Shown piece after piece: positions 22,094 through 32,441 of a DNA stretch of 64,000 nt; the first letter of the stretch is position 1, and each line of letters starts with the position of its first letter. Origin of the DNA: Barthelona sp. PCE (taxonomy: Eukaryota); the NCBI GenBank assembly GCA_040285745.1, contig JAUFOR010000003.1, positions 1,426,001 through 1,490,000 of the forward strand, in the 5' to 3' direction. Made by a program: the position numbers and the translations under genes. The notes beneath the pieces were generated by a model. It did not search any database. It worked only from the letters and a program-made list of their open reading frames with translations, and had not been told where the DNA came from.

Positions 22094-22952
22094 GGTAAGG
22101 ATTGAAAAGTTGAAAACAGTTTGTATTTGTAGGATGGAATTTCAGTGTAGTGTACCTGCATTAGCTTTAGTGTTACACCATTCAAAGCGGAGGAAAAGTC
22201 TATATATCAGTAGTGAAAAATGTGCTGTTTACCGGTGTATCATCTATTGTTGAACACCTAAAAATCTAACTGGAATGTGCCTGACTGGGGAATTTGAGTG
22301 AATTTCAACCATTCGCATAATCGTATCCTTCAACCATATTTGATGAAAACTACCGGCATCTCATTTTGTTGAGCACACCCAAAGTTTACCATACAAATGT
22401 GCTTTATTGTGGACCTCAACTCTGCTCCAAAAATTGTAGAACGTTTTCGTAGAAAATAATCTTGTAATTCAAATTCTGAGTTGTTTCACTCACCCTGACC
22501 GTCCTGGTACGTGTGTGATCGCTAATATACCTTTTTATGCGTATATTTAACGTACTTATATAGCTAACGCTGTAGTAAGTACGCAATTTTTTTATTATTC
22601 TTAATTCAACTTTACAACTGTTACATTGTGTTAATAAACATTGTTTAAGCGTGTTGATTGTAATTTCATTGATTTTCTTTTTTTCTTCACAGTTTATAGG
22701 ATACTTGTTTTGCCCAGAGCAAAGTTATTTAGGTTTCAATGAATTAAGTTGGGATTATATCCAGGACCGAATATAATTTTACGTTAAAATTGGAATGATA
22801 TCGAGATATGTTTTTTTTTGAGTTCATAATACTCTGAGAATTAGTATCAAGGATAAATCCAAACTTCACACAATATAAGCTTCATTACATGTTCCCAATG
22901 ATGTATTTTTTACGTTTTTTGTCATCTTTCCTTTTACTCGAAGCTGCACTGG

Positions 22953-23924
22953 ATGCAGACTTTTATATGTATTTTTTGTGCCGTACTTGGGCTTTTAGGA
23001 AGTTCTCTATGGCTTTTGGGGTATTTTTCTTCAAGTGATGCAAAGAATGTGAATTTTTTCTTTCTCATCAACTTTTTGATGGCATCCATATTCATATATA
23101 GCCTTTTGGTGCTTTATAATTTCCTTGCAGCATATGATACAAATTCTAATCTGCTTCTTCACAGTATATATTTTAAAGCAATCAGCTTTGTGGATATATT
23201 TATTAATGCAATGAACCTTTGTATTGTATGTCAGTTTGTATTCAAGCTGGCTGAGAGTACAAGGAGTCAGCGTTCGACATCATCACCAATAGGTTTTTTC
23301 TGGATAGCTCTACTCACAACATTATTGATGTTTCTTGCCCTTGTTGCCACAGCAAAACCATCGCTTTACACAAACCGTAACAACATATCCGTCAAAATAC
23401 GGTACATTTTTGACCCATTTAATACATCAATTAATCTACTCGACTGGGCACAAGTATTTCTGGTGGGTGTGAGTCTAATCCTGTACCTATTCGCGTTTGC
23501 ACGGTCTATTTATCAAATGGGACTTAAACGTATATCGATTTTATTCGAAAGCTTTTCCATTCCTTTATTATATCTATTAACAATGTTTTTTATTGTCCCA
23601 TTGGCACTGTCGCAAAAGGAAGAAACTAAGATACACTTGAATATAACAAAAATGTGCTTCTTATGTTTACAAGGTTTTTGGTTATTTGTTTCTTTAATAT
23701 TAAAACCAAATGTAATTTTGAGCATATACAACTCAATATTTTTACCAAAAAATGCTTCAGAAAAGGTACTCAGATTTAATAATCAGATTTCATTTTTAAA
23801 ACTAAGATTCCAAAGTTTCTTTTACGCAATTTTAGGTATTGTAGACCCAATGGGAAGTCTTAATAGTTTTAAAGACGTTCTAGGACGTCTGGAAAACAAC
23901 GATGAGTGTACAAGGATGCTTTAA
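22953..23924 (+). CDS. Multi-pass (about 7 TM) membrane protein, GPCR-like
   Basis: About seven hydrophobic segments in 323 aa; LQGF in the last helix recalls family-B/CAR-like receptors. Confidence 0.5.
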   Translation: MQTFICIFCAVLGLLGSSLWLLGYFSSSDAKNVNFFFLINFLMASIFIYSLLVLYNFLAAYDTNSNLLLHSIYFKAISFVDIFINAMNLCIVCQFVFKLAESTRSQRSTSSPIGFFWIALLTTLLMFLALVATAKPSLYTNRNNISVKIRYIFDPFNTSINLLDWAQVFLVGVSLILYLFAFARSIYQMGLKRISILFESFSIPLLYLLTMFFIVPLALSQKEETKIHLNITKMCFLCLQGFWLFVSLILKPNVILSIYNSIFLPKNASEKVLRFNNQISFLKLRFQSFFYAILGIVDPMGSLNSFKDVLGRLENNDECTRML

Positions 23925-23971
23925 CATTGTAAATATTATTTATCTCCTTTCATCATTTCTTTTATAGAATT

Positions 23972-24721
23972 ATGGTCAAAGTGGCTACAAATGGGCGAAC
24001 AGGTAGTAGCCAATTGGCATCATGTATTGTTATTATCTTTGCATCAATTTTTTTTGGCATTTCAATTCCCAGAATTATTTTTGCGTTATTTGGGAACAGT
24101 ATCCTTTTCCCAGTGGGCGCCTTCATTATGATATGTGTGGTTATATTCTTGTATAAGAAAATTGACTCACTGTTTGATCCCAAGACCCTCGAAAAGAACA
24201 AAGATATGTTGTCACATTCAAATTTGGGGGTATCCGTGTGTTTTGCAGCGGGTATACTATTTGTAGCTTTAGTGTTCTGTGTATTAAAACACAATTATGG
24301 GAGTTTTAGGCAAGAGCTTAATTCTTCTATATGGAATGTTTTCATCATTCCTTTATATGAAGAGATAATATACCGTGGTTTCGTCTTCCGTGTTGTGTCT
24401 TATCAATTCGAATGGCGTCAGGCAGCTGCTATTTCATCACTTGCTTTTGCACTCTCACATCTATCAGATTACCAACAGTGGTCTATATTATTTTACAGCA
24501 GCTTTTACGCCATGTGCATGGGCTTGTTCTTATGTCGTGTTATGAGTAGTATGTTAATTCGTTTCAAATCTAAGGCAGTTTTTTGCCCAATGATCATTCA
24601 CGTTTTTTATAATGCAATTGCTTCATTCAGTGGGCAATACAACGGTACCGTGGAAACCACACATATGACCATATTAAGTGTTACGGCCCACATAATTCTT
24701 GCAATAGTTTCATTATTGTGA
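23972..24721 (+). CDS. CPBP-family (type II CAAX / Rce1-like) intramembrane protease
   Basis: EEIIYRG, FALSH and HVFYN match the CPBP motifs EExxxR, FxxxH and HxxxN. Confidence 0.85.
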   Translation: MVKVATNGRTGSSQLASCIVIIFASIFFGISIPRIIFALFGNSILFPVGAFIMICVVIFLYKKIDSLFDPKTLEKNKDMLSHSNLGVSVCFAAGILFVALVFCVLKHNYGSFRQELNSSIWNVFIIPLYEEIIYRGFVFRVVSYQFEWRQAAAISSLAFALSHLSDYQQWSILFYSSFYAMCMGLFLCRVMSSMLIRFKSKAVFCPMIIHVFYNAIASFSGQYNGTVETTHMTILSVTAHIILAIVSLL

Positions 24722-25252
24722 TAGCACTTAAAAGTTTCTCTAAGAAGCAATAAATAGTAGATACACAGTCATTAATATGGATGTCAATTTTTTTCGAGCA
24801 CTTTTTGCAAATTAAAATGAACCGGCAAGTGTTAAAGAACTTTTAGATCACTGATTTTAAGTTGGAGCCACGTGGTTTAGATATTAGGAATGTCAGCGGT
24901 ATATCATGCTTTATACTGAACAGACTTTTGACTTCAATAAGGCGATGAAAAATCACGTGCTTCAGTCGGTTTTTCTGCACTTATCATGCTCTATAGGCTC
25001 ATTATTAATGCGAAAACTCAAAAAACATCTCAAAAAAGGATTTTTTTATTTAAAATGTCAAATTCTAGAGATAAGTAGAATGACACCCAGATTTCACCAT
25101 CTAAATGCTCCACTGATAGGGTCATACATGTAGGAAAATGTCGATACGCAAAAAAGGAAGTTTTTAAACATGAAATTTCTATTTCATCCTCTTTCTTTCG
25201 GACTCGCACTGATTTTTTGTTTTAAAAAGAATCTACAAAACTTTATATATAT

Positions 25253-26461
25253 ATGCCAAGCATTTCTGACATGTCTGGGCTGATAGGCTATTCTCTCTTA
25301 TCAATCCTTGCTTCTTTCCTATGTTCTTTACTGGAATCGTCTCTACTTTCGGTCCCTTACTCATATGTTGTGAATTCTGCAGAAACAGGATCAAAGGCAG
25401 GAAAAAAGATGCTTAAACTGAAAGATTCTTTAGATAGACCTTTAGCAGCTATTTTAAGCATGAATACAATCGCACATACAATTGGTGCATCTGGTGTAGG
25501 TGCCGCAACTGGTGTTGTATTCGGAGAAAAGTGGGTCACACTTTCAAGCGCTATTCTTACTCTTGCTATGCTCAGTCTTAGTGAAATTCTTCCTAAAACC
25601 ATTGGTGCTAACTCATGTAAGAAGTTAATGGGATTCACAGGCACAACAATTAACATTTTGATTATTATTGTCTACCCCCTCGTGTGGTTGTGTGAGAAAC
25701 TGAGTAGTTGTCTTGGTGGAGAAGGTGAAGGCCACGGTGTTGTATCACGTGATGAGATCAAGACCATTGCTGATTTAGCGTTGGATGCCGAGCAAATCTC
25801 AAAGGATGAAGCTCAGTTCATTAAGAATATTATTCGTGTTACTGAAGTACCTATTGCTGATATTATGACCCCCCGTATTGTCTTAAAGTACCTTGAGGCC
25901 GATTCTACAGTTGGTGAGATCATCGAACAAGGTCTTATGCGTTATGCCCGTATGCCTGTTTTTGGTGAGACAATGGATCATCGCGTTGGTTGGGTACATC
26001 GTAATACCCTTCACGAATTGAACAGAGTTGGTAGAGGTGACACTTTAATTGGCGAAATCGCCCTCCCTGTAACAACCGTCGCCGAAACCGAGTCTGTACC
26101 AAAATGTTTCACAGAGATGCTGAAGAGACGTGAGCAAATGTTCATTGTTGTTGATGAATTCGGTGGTACTGATGGTTTAATCTCTATGGAAGACGTTCTG
26201 GAAAGCATTCTTGGTCTTGAGATCATGGACGAGTTTGATGATAACGAGGACCTTAGAGAGGTTGCTCGTAAGATGGCACAAAGCAGATCACAGAATGCTG
26301 AAATAAGATCAAGTCAAAAGAATCTGAGAAAGAATGTTAATACCACTGCTGTAGAAGATATTCAAGTTACTCTTGATGTCAACGATGAATTCGGTGGTGC
26401 TGCATTGTCCAGCACATCATCAATGACTGATACTCCCCTTATGCAAAATAATACGAAATAA
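25253..26461 (+). CDS. CNNM/DUF21 transmembrane plus tandem CBS domain protein (CorB/TlyC-like)
   Basis: SFLCSLLESSLLS, RPLAAILSMNTIAHTIGA, SEILPKTIG, DIMTPR, VVDEFGGTDGLISMEDVLE. Confidence 0.9.
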   Translation: MPSISDMSGLIGYSLLSILASFLCSLLESSLLSVPYSYVVNSAETGSKAGKKMLKLKDSLDRPLAAILSMNTIAHTIGASGVGAATGVVFGEKWVTLSSAILTLAMLSLSEILPKTIGANSCKKLMGFTGTTINILIIIVYPLVWLCEKLSSCLGGEGEGHGVVSRDEIKTIADLALDAEQISKDEAQFIKNIIRVTEVPIADIMTPRIVLKYLEADSTVGEIIEQGLMRYARMPVFGETMDHRVGWVHRNTLHELNRVGRGDTLIGEIALPVTTVAETESVPKCFTEMLKRREQMFIVVDEFGGTDGLISMEDVLESILGLEIMDEFDDNEDLREVARKMAQSRSQNAEIRSSQKNLRKNVNTTAVEDIQVTLDVNDEFGGAALSSTSSMTDTPLMQNNTK

Positions 26462-26521
26462 AGTTTCCGCTTTTTTTATTTTTACTCATTTAAATAATTA
26501 TTTTATGGTCTAAGTTTATGC

Positions 26522-29500
26522 ATGAAGAAATATTTTTCGTTCCCTACAATTTCAGAGGATGAACAAGAAGATCAAGTTGATTCTGCTGAAGTAGAACGTG
26601 TGTTTAACTCTGAAGAGTATTGGATAGGTGACAGCGATGCTATGGTTTGTTACGGGTGCTCACAGTACTTCTCTTTAGTGAAGAGAAGGCATCATTGTCG
26701 ACTTTGTGGAAGAATTTTTTGTTCCAATTGTAGTTCGAAATTTCAAATGTGGGACTTCAACATACGCTCATGTTTTGACTGCTATTCGGTATTTAAGCGT
26801 GGAAATCTTAATTTCAAAGAAGCAAAAAATTTGCAGAATTTATCTGGTCTAGATAGTGGACCTACGTTCCTTGAGCAACATACACACTTCTCACAAGCCG
26901 TTATTTGGTACGGAGGCACGCCTAAATCAGTGCACAAGAACGTGTTTGATATTACAAATCCTGTTTTAGGATTATCGCATTATCATGACAGGATCACACA
27001 GATAAGAGCTCTCACACACGGCTCTCGTTTGCTAGGTATGTTCCATCCTGAAATGTCGGTGGTCTCCTCCTCGTCAGTCAACACAATGATGAACGCGTGG
27101 CTTACTTCCCTTCGCTCCTCAAGGAAGGTGTTTGTTGAGGCAGCTATAGAGCGAATATACTCGTTTTTTACGCTGCTATTCACCTCACACGGACTCGATA
27201 TCAAATGTAGAAAACTTGCACAGAGCTTACATTCCTTTGTTGAGTCATACATGAGTCTATCGTTCAGGGAGAAGCAGACGTTCAGAGACCCGGCGTACAT
27301 AATGCCAACTCTGCGCACTGAATCTGCATGCGAACAGTCTGCCGCAAGCTTCACCTTCCACGATGGATTGTGCTTTAAGCACTTCCCTTTGTATATTCAT
27401 CAAGCAAAGCGTGTGGCACAGAGGTGTCTTCTGTATGTAGGATCTCTGGGTTGTGTAATCAATCGTAAGACAATGTTGTCAACTGCCAATATTTTTGACG
27501 CATCACAACATTTGTTATCATGCGCTGTTTCCGTCGCTAAACGCATTGCCGACCACGAAGTGGACATTGTGCTGCTGTCAGGCCGTATATCGACCGAAGT
27601 AGCCAATTTTTTTAGTGATAACAACATCATTGTCATACCAATGATTCCATTGCGCATCATTCGAATTATTTCTATATTGTCTGGACAACGGGCAGTTTTT
27701 AACGTTTGTGAGCTTAATAATGAGTTGGATTTCGTCCCGCTAGATTTCGAAACCAACTCTGATACATTTACAAGAATTCAGCACAGTAGCTGGAGCGCCA
27801 GGACCTTAGAATTGTCCTGCTTTGGACAGTTGCACTCCATTGCTGACGAGGCAGTTCATCTTGCGCTGCGTGAATTTCACAGCGCTTTGTCTATTAATGA
27901 ATTGTCAGTGGCGTTAGGATTTTCGATTTCACCAATGAATTTTTTGGCATTTCCGATGATTTTCGCCAAGGAATCTGTTTCTTCATCAGGGAGCCTCAGC
28001 AGGTTCTTTCCGTCCGCGCAGATGAATAATTTACCTGATGCACCAAAATTGAGCAGTGATTCAGTATCGCATTCGTTCCCACAATCAACGTACTATACAC
28101 TTCACCGGAAATCAACGCTTGATACTTTTTTCATGCCCAGTAACAGCATATTGCTCAGCACAGCAGATGTCATCAGCGTTAAGCGACATAAGAAACCAGA
28201 CTTTAAGCGATTGTTTAAGCAGTCGCTCAGTATGGCGCATGCATCGCTCAGCTCCGTCTCTTTCTTGTTCTCAATGAAGTGTACATCGCCGTTAGGACAC
28301 TGTACGCAGCCACAGTACCGTGTGATACATTTTGACGCCGAGTCCGACTGTTTGTTAGGAGAGTATGTGTTTGAAACATATTTGGCAGTTAAGGAAGGTA
28401 AGAAGTGTCAGGCACACGAGTTCGCTGGTAAGTCACTTGATCAGCAGCTGCAAGAAATTGTGTTCGACACACAATCCTTGCGAGAGTCACCATATCTCCA
28501 ACCGTGTTCAGGTGCAGATATCACACATCACACATCTGTCTTTTACTGCAACGACGTGGTCGTTGAGTGCCAGGTATTCCACCATACAGCAAGGTTGGTT
28601 AGCAGTGGGTGTCTGTATGCATGGATCGCCGATCACAGTGGCAGCATGACCTCCCCACCAATGAGAATTTCCAGCACGCTCTCGTTCGGTCGTTTCCTGT
28701 GCATGCTTTTCACACAGCCAACAGGGCAGCTGTTAGACATATTTAACATGAAGGATGCAGGTCGTTCATTGATGGGATGCAACATCTACGTTGGGTTTGA
28801 GGATATCGCAATTTGCTTCAGTGTAGACAAGTGCATCATATATGAGTTGAGTTATAACAAGCACATAACAGATGTGAGCGCGGTTCACACGTCTCAGCGC
28901 CTGGCAAAGGAACTTGAAACTATGTCTGCTTTGGGAAACGCAATTTATGAGGCTTTTATCAATAGTTTCCGCACACTCCTTGACGAAGACGTATTCATAG
29001 AGGAAAGCGTTGAACACACACAGCTACGGGACGATATCAAACAGTTGCAGAAGGAGCATAAGCGCTTTGGACATAATTTAAATGATATTGCTCAGAGACG
29101 ATCAATACTGGCTTTCAACAATGTGAGGGCGAATCTATTGAACGTTGTGCGTAATTGGCAGGCCAAATGTATCAAATATGTGTCCATAGGTAATCAAAGC
29201 GATCTTGTTAACATCACAACAAGGAAGTCTGCACCGTATGTCAATGTCAATTTCGTATCACCTTCGCTGTCACCCGTACAGTCCCCTGTTGAAGAGGTAC
29301 CACTGGATGACATGTTCAAGAGCGACTCACCGAGCGAGCTTGAGGGTGTTGATGTATCACCAATCCATCGCCCCACTCCGTTTACATTGGGCAGGGCACG
29401 GCGAACGCCATCACCTTTTGCTGGTATACGCAGTCTCGACATCAGATCTCAGCCATTTGAGCGTACAGTAACGCCTCCCGCACCACGTATAACTGATCCG

Positions 29501-30796
29501 GGAGAAGAGCTCATGACTGACTCAGATTCAGGATTTGAGATTGACATATCGACACTCACAAACAAATCGACAGATGTCCAGATTGTTGTCGAGGTCAATG
29601 ATGTCGGGGTATCAACGTTTTTCCCACCCTCCTTACATCTTACAATCCCTGATGCTATCACTCCTATGAGATTTGTTCCCATCAGAGAGGATGAGCCCAG
29701 TAGTATCATATCATGTGTTATTTCATCAACTCTTTACGAAGAGACACTGGCCAGTTTGAGCTCCTCATGTGGGCTTGCAGATCACCTGTACAACAGAGGT
29801 GGATCGCTCGATGCCAAGGAGAAATGCAAACTTCAAATGTTATACCACAATAGTGATATGGTCTCAGCACAGATTGTGCTGGAAAGTAAGAAACTTACAC
29901 GCTTCACTTGTATTGTTTACTTCCCTCTACAATTCGAGGCATTGCGAAAAGTGTATATGGGTGAGAATTCTGACTATATTGAGAGTCTTTCGCGCTGTAA
30001 CTCGTTACAGGCAATCGGTGGAAAATCAGGAGCTGAATTCTTCCGCACTCAGGATGGAAGATTCATCCTCAAAAGCATTAAGGGCATCGAGTTGGATTTA
30101 TTCTTAACGTTGGGACCGGCATATTTTGAATACATGGTTAGTGTTTTGTTTGGCGATGTACCTTCAGTGCTAGTGAAGATTTTAGGTCTGTACACAATCA
30201 CTTACAAAACATTTGACGGTCAAAATGTTCGTCTGAACTTGCTGGTAATGGAAAATTTCTGGTATCGACGTTCTGTTGATGTTGTATATGATCTGAAAGG
30301 ATCACTTCGGAACAGATATGCGCGTAATAAGATTGTTGATGATCGTGGAGAGATTAAATCTGTATTTTTGGATGAGAATTTAGTTGAAAACAATTTCCAT
30401 AATCAGCTTTTTACTTCTGCCCGATCCAAACGAATTTTTAATTTCGCAATTCACAACGATTCACAGTTTCTCATGGACAACAATGTGGTAGATTATTCGC
30501 TATTAATTGGAATTAACGAGGATAAACAGGAAATAGCAGTTGGTATCATTGATTATGTGAGGTCCTATACATGGGACAAGCGTGTTGAGTCTATTTTGAA
30601 GAGTTCAGGAATTTTTGGTGAGAGTGGCAAGCGACCAACAGTTGTACCACCAGAAATTTATCAGAAGAGGTTCAAAGATGCTCTTTGGAGGTATTTCATC
30701 GCACTTCCCAAGTCCACATTTCCACTACCACCATCACAGAACTTCTTAAACCCCGATAGCGAAGAAATTGACAGAGAGGTCCTTTCAATGAAGTAA
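26522..30796 (+). CDS. FAB1: Fab1/PIKfyve PtdIns3P 5-kinase
   Basis: N-terminal FYVE (RRHHCRLCGRIFCSNC); C-terminal PIPK domain with GGKSGA, YDLKGS, DYSLLIG, GIIDYVRSYTWDK. Confidence 0.92.
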   Translation: MKKYFSFPTISEDEQEDQVDSAEVERVFNSEEYWIGDSDAMVCYGCSQYFSLVKRRHHCRLCGRIFCSNCSSKFQMWDFNIRSCFDCYSVFKRGNLNFKEAKNLQNLSGLDSGPTFLEQHTHFSQAVIWYGGTPKSVHKNVFDITNPVLGLSHYHDRITQIRALTHGSRLLGMFHPEMSVVSSSSVNTMMNAWLTSLRSSRKVFVEAAIERIYSFFTLLFTSHGLDIKCRKLAQSLHSFVESYMSLSFREKQTFRDPAYIMPTLRTESACEQSAASFTFHDGLCFKHFPLYIHQAKRVAQRCLLYVGSLGCVINRKTMLSTANIFDASQHLLSCAVSVAKRIADHEVDIVLLSGRISTEVANFFSDNNIIVIPMIPLRIIRIISILSGQRAVFNVCELNNELDFVPLDFETNSDTFTRIQHSSWSARTLELSCFGQLHSIADEAVHLALREFHSALSINELSVALGFSISPMNFLAFPMIFAKESVSSSGSLSRFFPSAQMNNLPDAPKLSSDSVSHSFPQSTYYTLHRKSTLDTFFMPSNSILLSTADVISVKRHKKPDFKRLFKQSLSMAHASLSSVSFLFSMKCTSPLGHCTQPQYRVIHFDAESDCLLGEYVFETYLAVKEGKKCQAHEFAGKSLDQQLQEIVFDTQSLRESPYLQPCSGADITHHTSVFYCNDVVVECQVFHHTARLVSSGCLYAWIADHSGSMTSPPMRISSTLSFGRFLCMLFTQPTGQLLDIFNMKDAGRSLMGCNIYVGFEDIAICFSVDKCIIYELSYNKHITDVSAVHTSQRLAKELETMSALGNAIYEAFINSFRTLLDEDVFIEESVEHTQLRDDIKQLQKEHKRFGHNLNDIAQRRSILAFNNVRANLLNVVRNWQAKCIKYVSIGNQSDLVNITTRKSAPYVNVNFVSPSLSPVQSPVEEVPLDDMFKSDSPSELEGVDVSPIHRPTPFTLGRARRTPSPFAGIRSLDIRSQPFERTVTPPAPRITDPGEELMTDSDSGFEIDISTLTNKSTDVQIVVEVNDVGVSTFFPPSLHLTIPDAITPMRFVPIREDEPSSIISCVISSTLYEETLASLSSSCGLADHLYNRGGSLDAKEKCKLQMLYHNSDMVSAQIVLESKKLTRFTCIVYFPLQFEALRKVYMGENSDYIESLSRCNSLQAIGGKSGAEFFRTQDGRFILKSIKGIELDLFLTLGPAYFEYMVSVLFGDVPSVLVKILGLYTITYKTFDGQNVRLNLLVMENFWYRRSVDVVYDLKGSLRNRYARNKIVDDRGEIKSVFLDENLVENNFHNQLFTSARSKRIFNFAIHNDSQFLMDNNVVDYSLLIGINEDKQEIAVGIIDYVRSYTWDKRVESILKSSGIFGESGKRPTVVPPEIYQKRFKDALWRYFIALPKSTFPLPPSQNFLNPDSEEIDREVLSMK

Positions 30797-30908
30797 TTCA
30801 TTAGTAAATATAGCGATATGCTTGATTCACTAACGAACAAGTTAGTGGAAGGGATAATGATTAAGTGATGAGTATATTCAAGTTATTTACTTTTATCTAC
30901 TTTAAAGA

Positions 30909-31318
30909 ATGCCCGCTCGTGTTGACCCCGAACTTTGCCAAGGTATTGGTAGCTGGTATGTCCATAATATGAGCACTTTGAAAGAAAGATGCTATTAACA
31001 GTAGTCTTTTAGTTATTTAATCATCTGCAGCCAAATGCTGCACCTTGGATTCGAATATATGCATGTGAATTTGTCATTGCGACCTTTTATGTATTGGATA
31101 TTTTTTTTGCATAGATGAACGGTTGAAGGACGTTTTTGGTTGTTACAAGATGATTATGTGCTCGTTAAGTAGTGATTCTAACATTTAGTGTTGATGTTTG
31201 CCCCGTCGCCGCCATCACTATGAACGATGAGGACAAGGCTGTCGTTGACGCTGATGTCTGCATTGATTGTAGCGCCTGTGTTGATGAGTGTGCTGCTCAA
31301 GCTATCTCCATGGAGTAG
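30909..31318 (+). CDS. Bacterial-type dicluster ferredoxin, join(30909..30955,31189..31318), 58 aa
   Basis: Spliced product MPARVDPELCQGIGSCVDVCPVAAITMNDEDKAVVDADVCIDCSACVDECAAQAISME, with CxxIxxCxxxCP and CxxCxxCxxxC motifs. Not in ORF track. Confidence 0.92.
30956..31188 (+). other. Spliceosomal intron, 233 nt, phase 2
   Basis: GTATGT...TTCTAACATTTAG; splicing rebuilds a Cys codon (TG|T) of the Fe-S motif. Confidence 0.92.
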
Positions 31319-31417
31319 ATTTAATAAAGTGTCTGCAATACTAATTTATTTTTTGATTATGTAATTTTTGTGGGGGCAAATGCAATGTTTAGGGTATAAC
31401 ATGCAAAGTTAATAAAC

Positions 31418-32143
31418 CTAAAGCAATTGACAAGTACATTCTGTTCTTGCAACATCTGGCACAACTTTTTCCGAAACTTCGCTTATACGATCTGTTGTAC
31501 TACTAACTTCTTTCGGTGAGTTGAGTGGGGACAGTAAATCGTCCAAACTCAGGCTATTGCGTGTTGAATTAGTCTTCTTTGAGCTAAACGGAAATGCTTC
31601 AGTTGGTTCAGTATCATTTGTGAAAGTATGCATTAGATAGTAGAGATATCGGTAGTGAACTCGCGAAAAAATGATCGGTAAGTCATTACCAAACACTATT
31701 TTGAATGCTTTGTTAAAGTTCTCTTTCCGTAAACGTAACAAATAAGCAGTTGTGTGATATCTTAATACTATATCTTGATCGATCATGAGACTGAGGGGGA
31801 CTAGAAGGTCCTCATATAGTGCGATATAATGAATAAGTTGATTACTTTCTACTGCTGCCCATCCTGCTAATATCAAAAAAAACTCTTGAAAACTAACCGA
31901 TCCAGTAGAATTGTAGTCTAAGATGTCGAATATGGAGCTTAAGCTACTGATTTGGAGGAATGTAATCTGTCTTAACCCATCTAAAAAGGAACTTTCAGGC
32001 ATTGCTGAATTCCAGCTGACTGCTAATGTTTGATACCATTCTTTCATGGCATTGAACCCCTCTTCTGTGTGTATATAGTTGAAGAATTTATCGGGCGGCG
32101 AGTCAAATATGTTCTTGAATTGCTGTGGACGAAAAATAGACAT
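31418..32143 (-). CDS. EF-hand protein with C-terminal CaaX (CQLL)
   Basis: EF loop DYNSTGSVSFQEF; terminal CTCQLL*. Confidence 0.7.
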   Translation of the reverse strand: MSIFRPQQFKNIFDSPPDKFFNYIHTEEGFNAMKEWYQTLAVSWNSAMPESSFLDGLRQITFLQISSLSSIFDILDYNSTGSVSFQEFFLILAGWAAVESNQLIHYIALYEDLLVPLSLMIDQDIVLRYHTTAYLLRLRKENFNKAFKIVFGNDLPIIFSRVHYRYLYYLMHTFTNDTEPTEAFPFSSKKTNSTRNSLSLDDLLSPLNSPKEVSSTTDRISEVSEKVVPDVARTECTCQLL

Positions 32144-32441
32144 TAATTCATATGCGTGTGTGTGAATCTGTGTGAATAGTACAAATTATCCCTGTTTGCG
32201 AAGAAATTTCCCAAATATTGCTTGTATGAAGCTATAAATAGTGAAACAGCAGTTTGAGCAATAATATATATGCTTCTAAGTCTTTAATAGTTTATATTTT
32301 CATAATTATACTCATTCATCCGAATAAAATAGCTTTAGTATGTCATAAAACTGAGATTGTTTTGCCTGCACGTTCTTACTTACACTGTGTGGCTGATCCT
32401 TGCTTGGAGAAGCAAACTGTGGTCAAAAGGGACAGCTGTGA

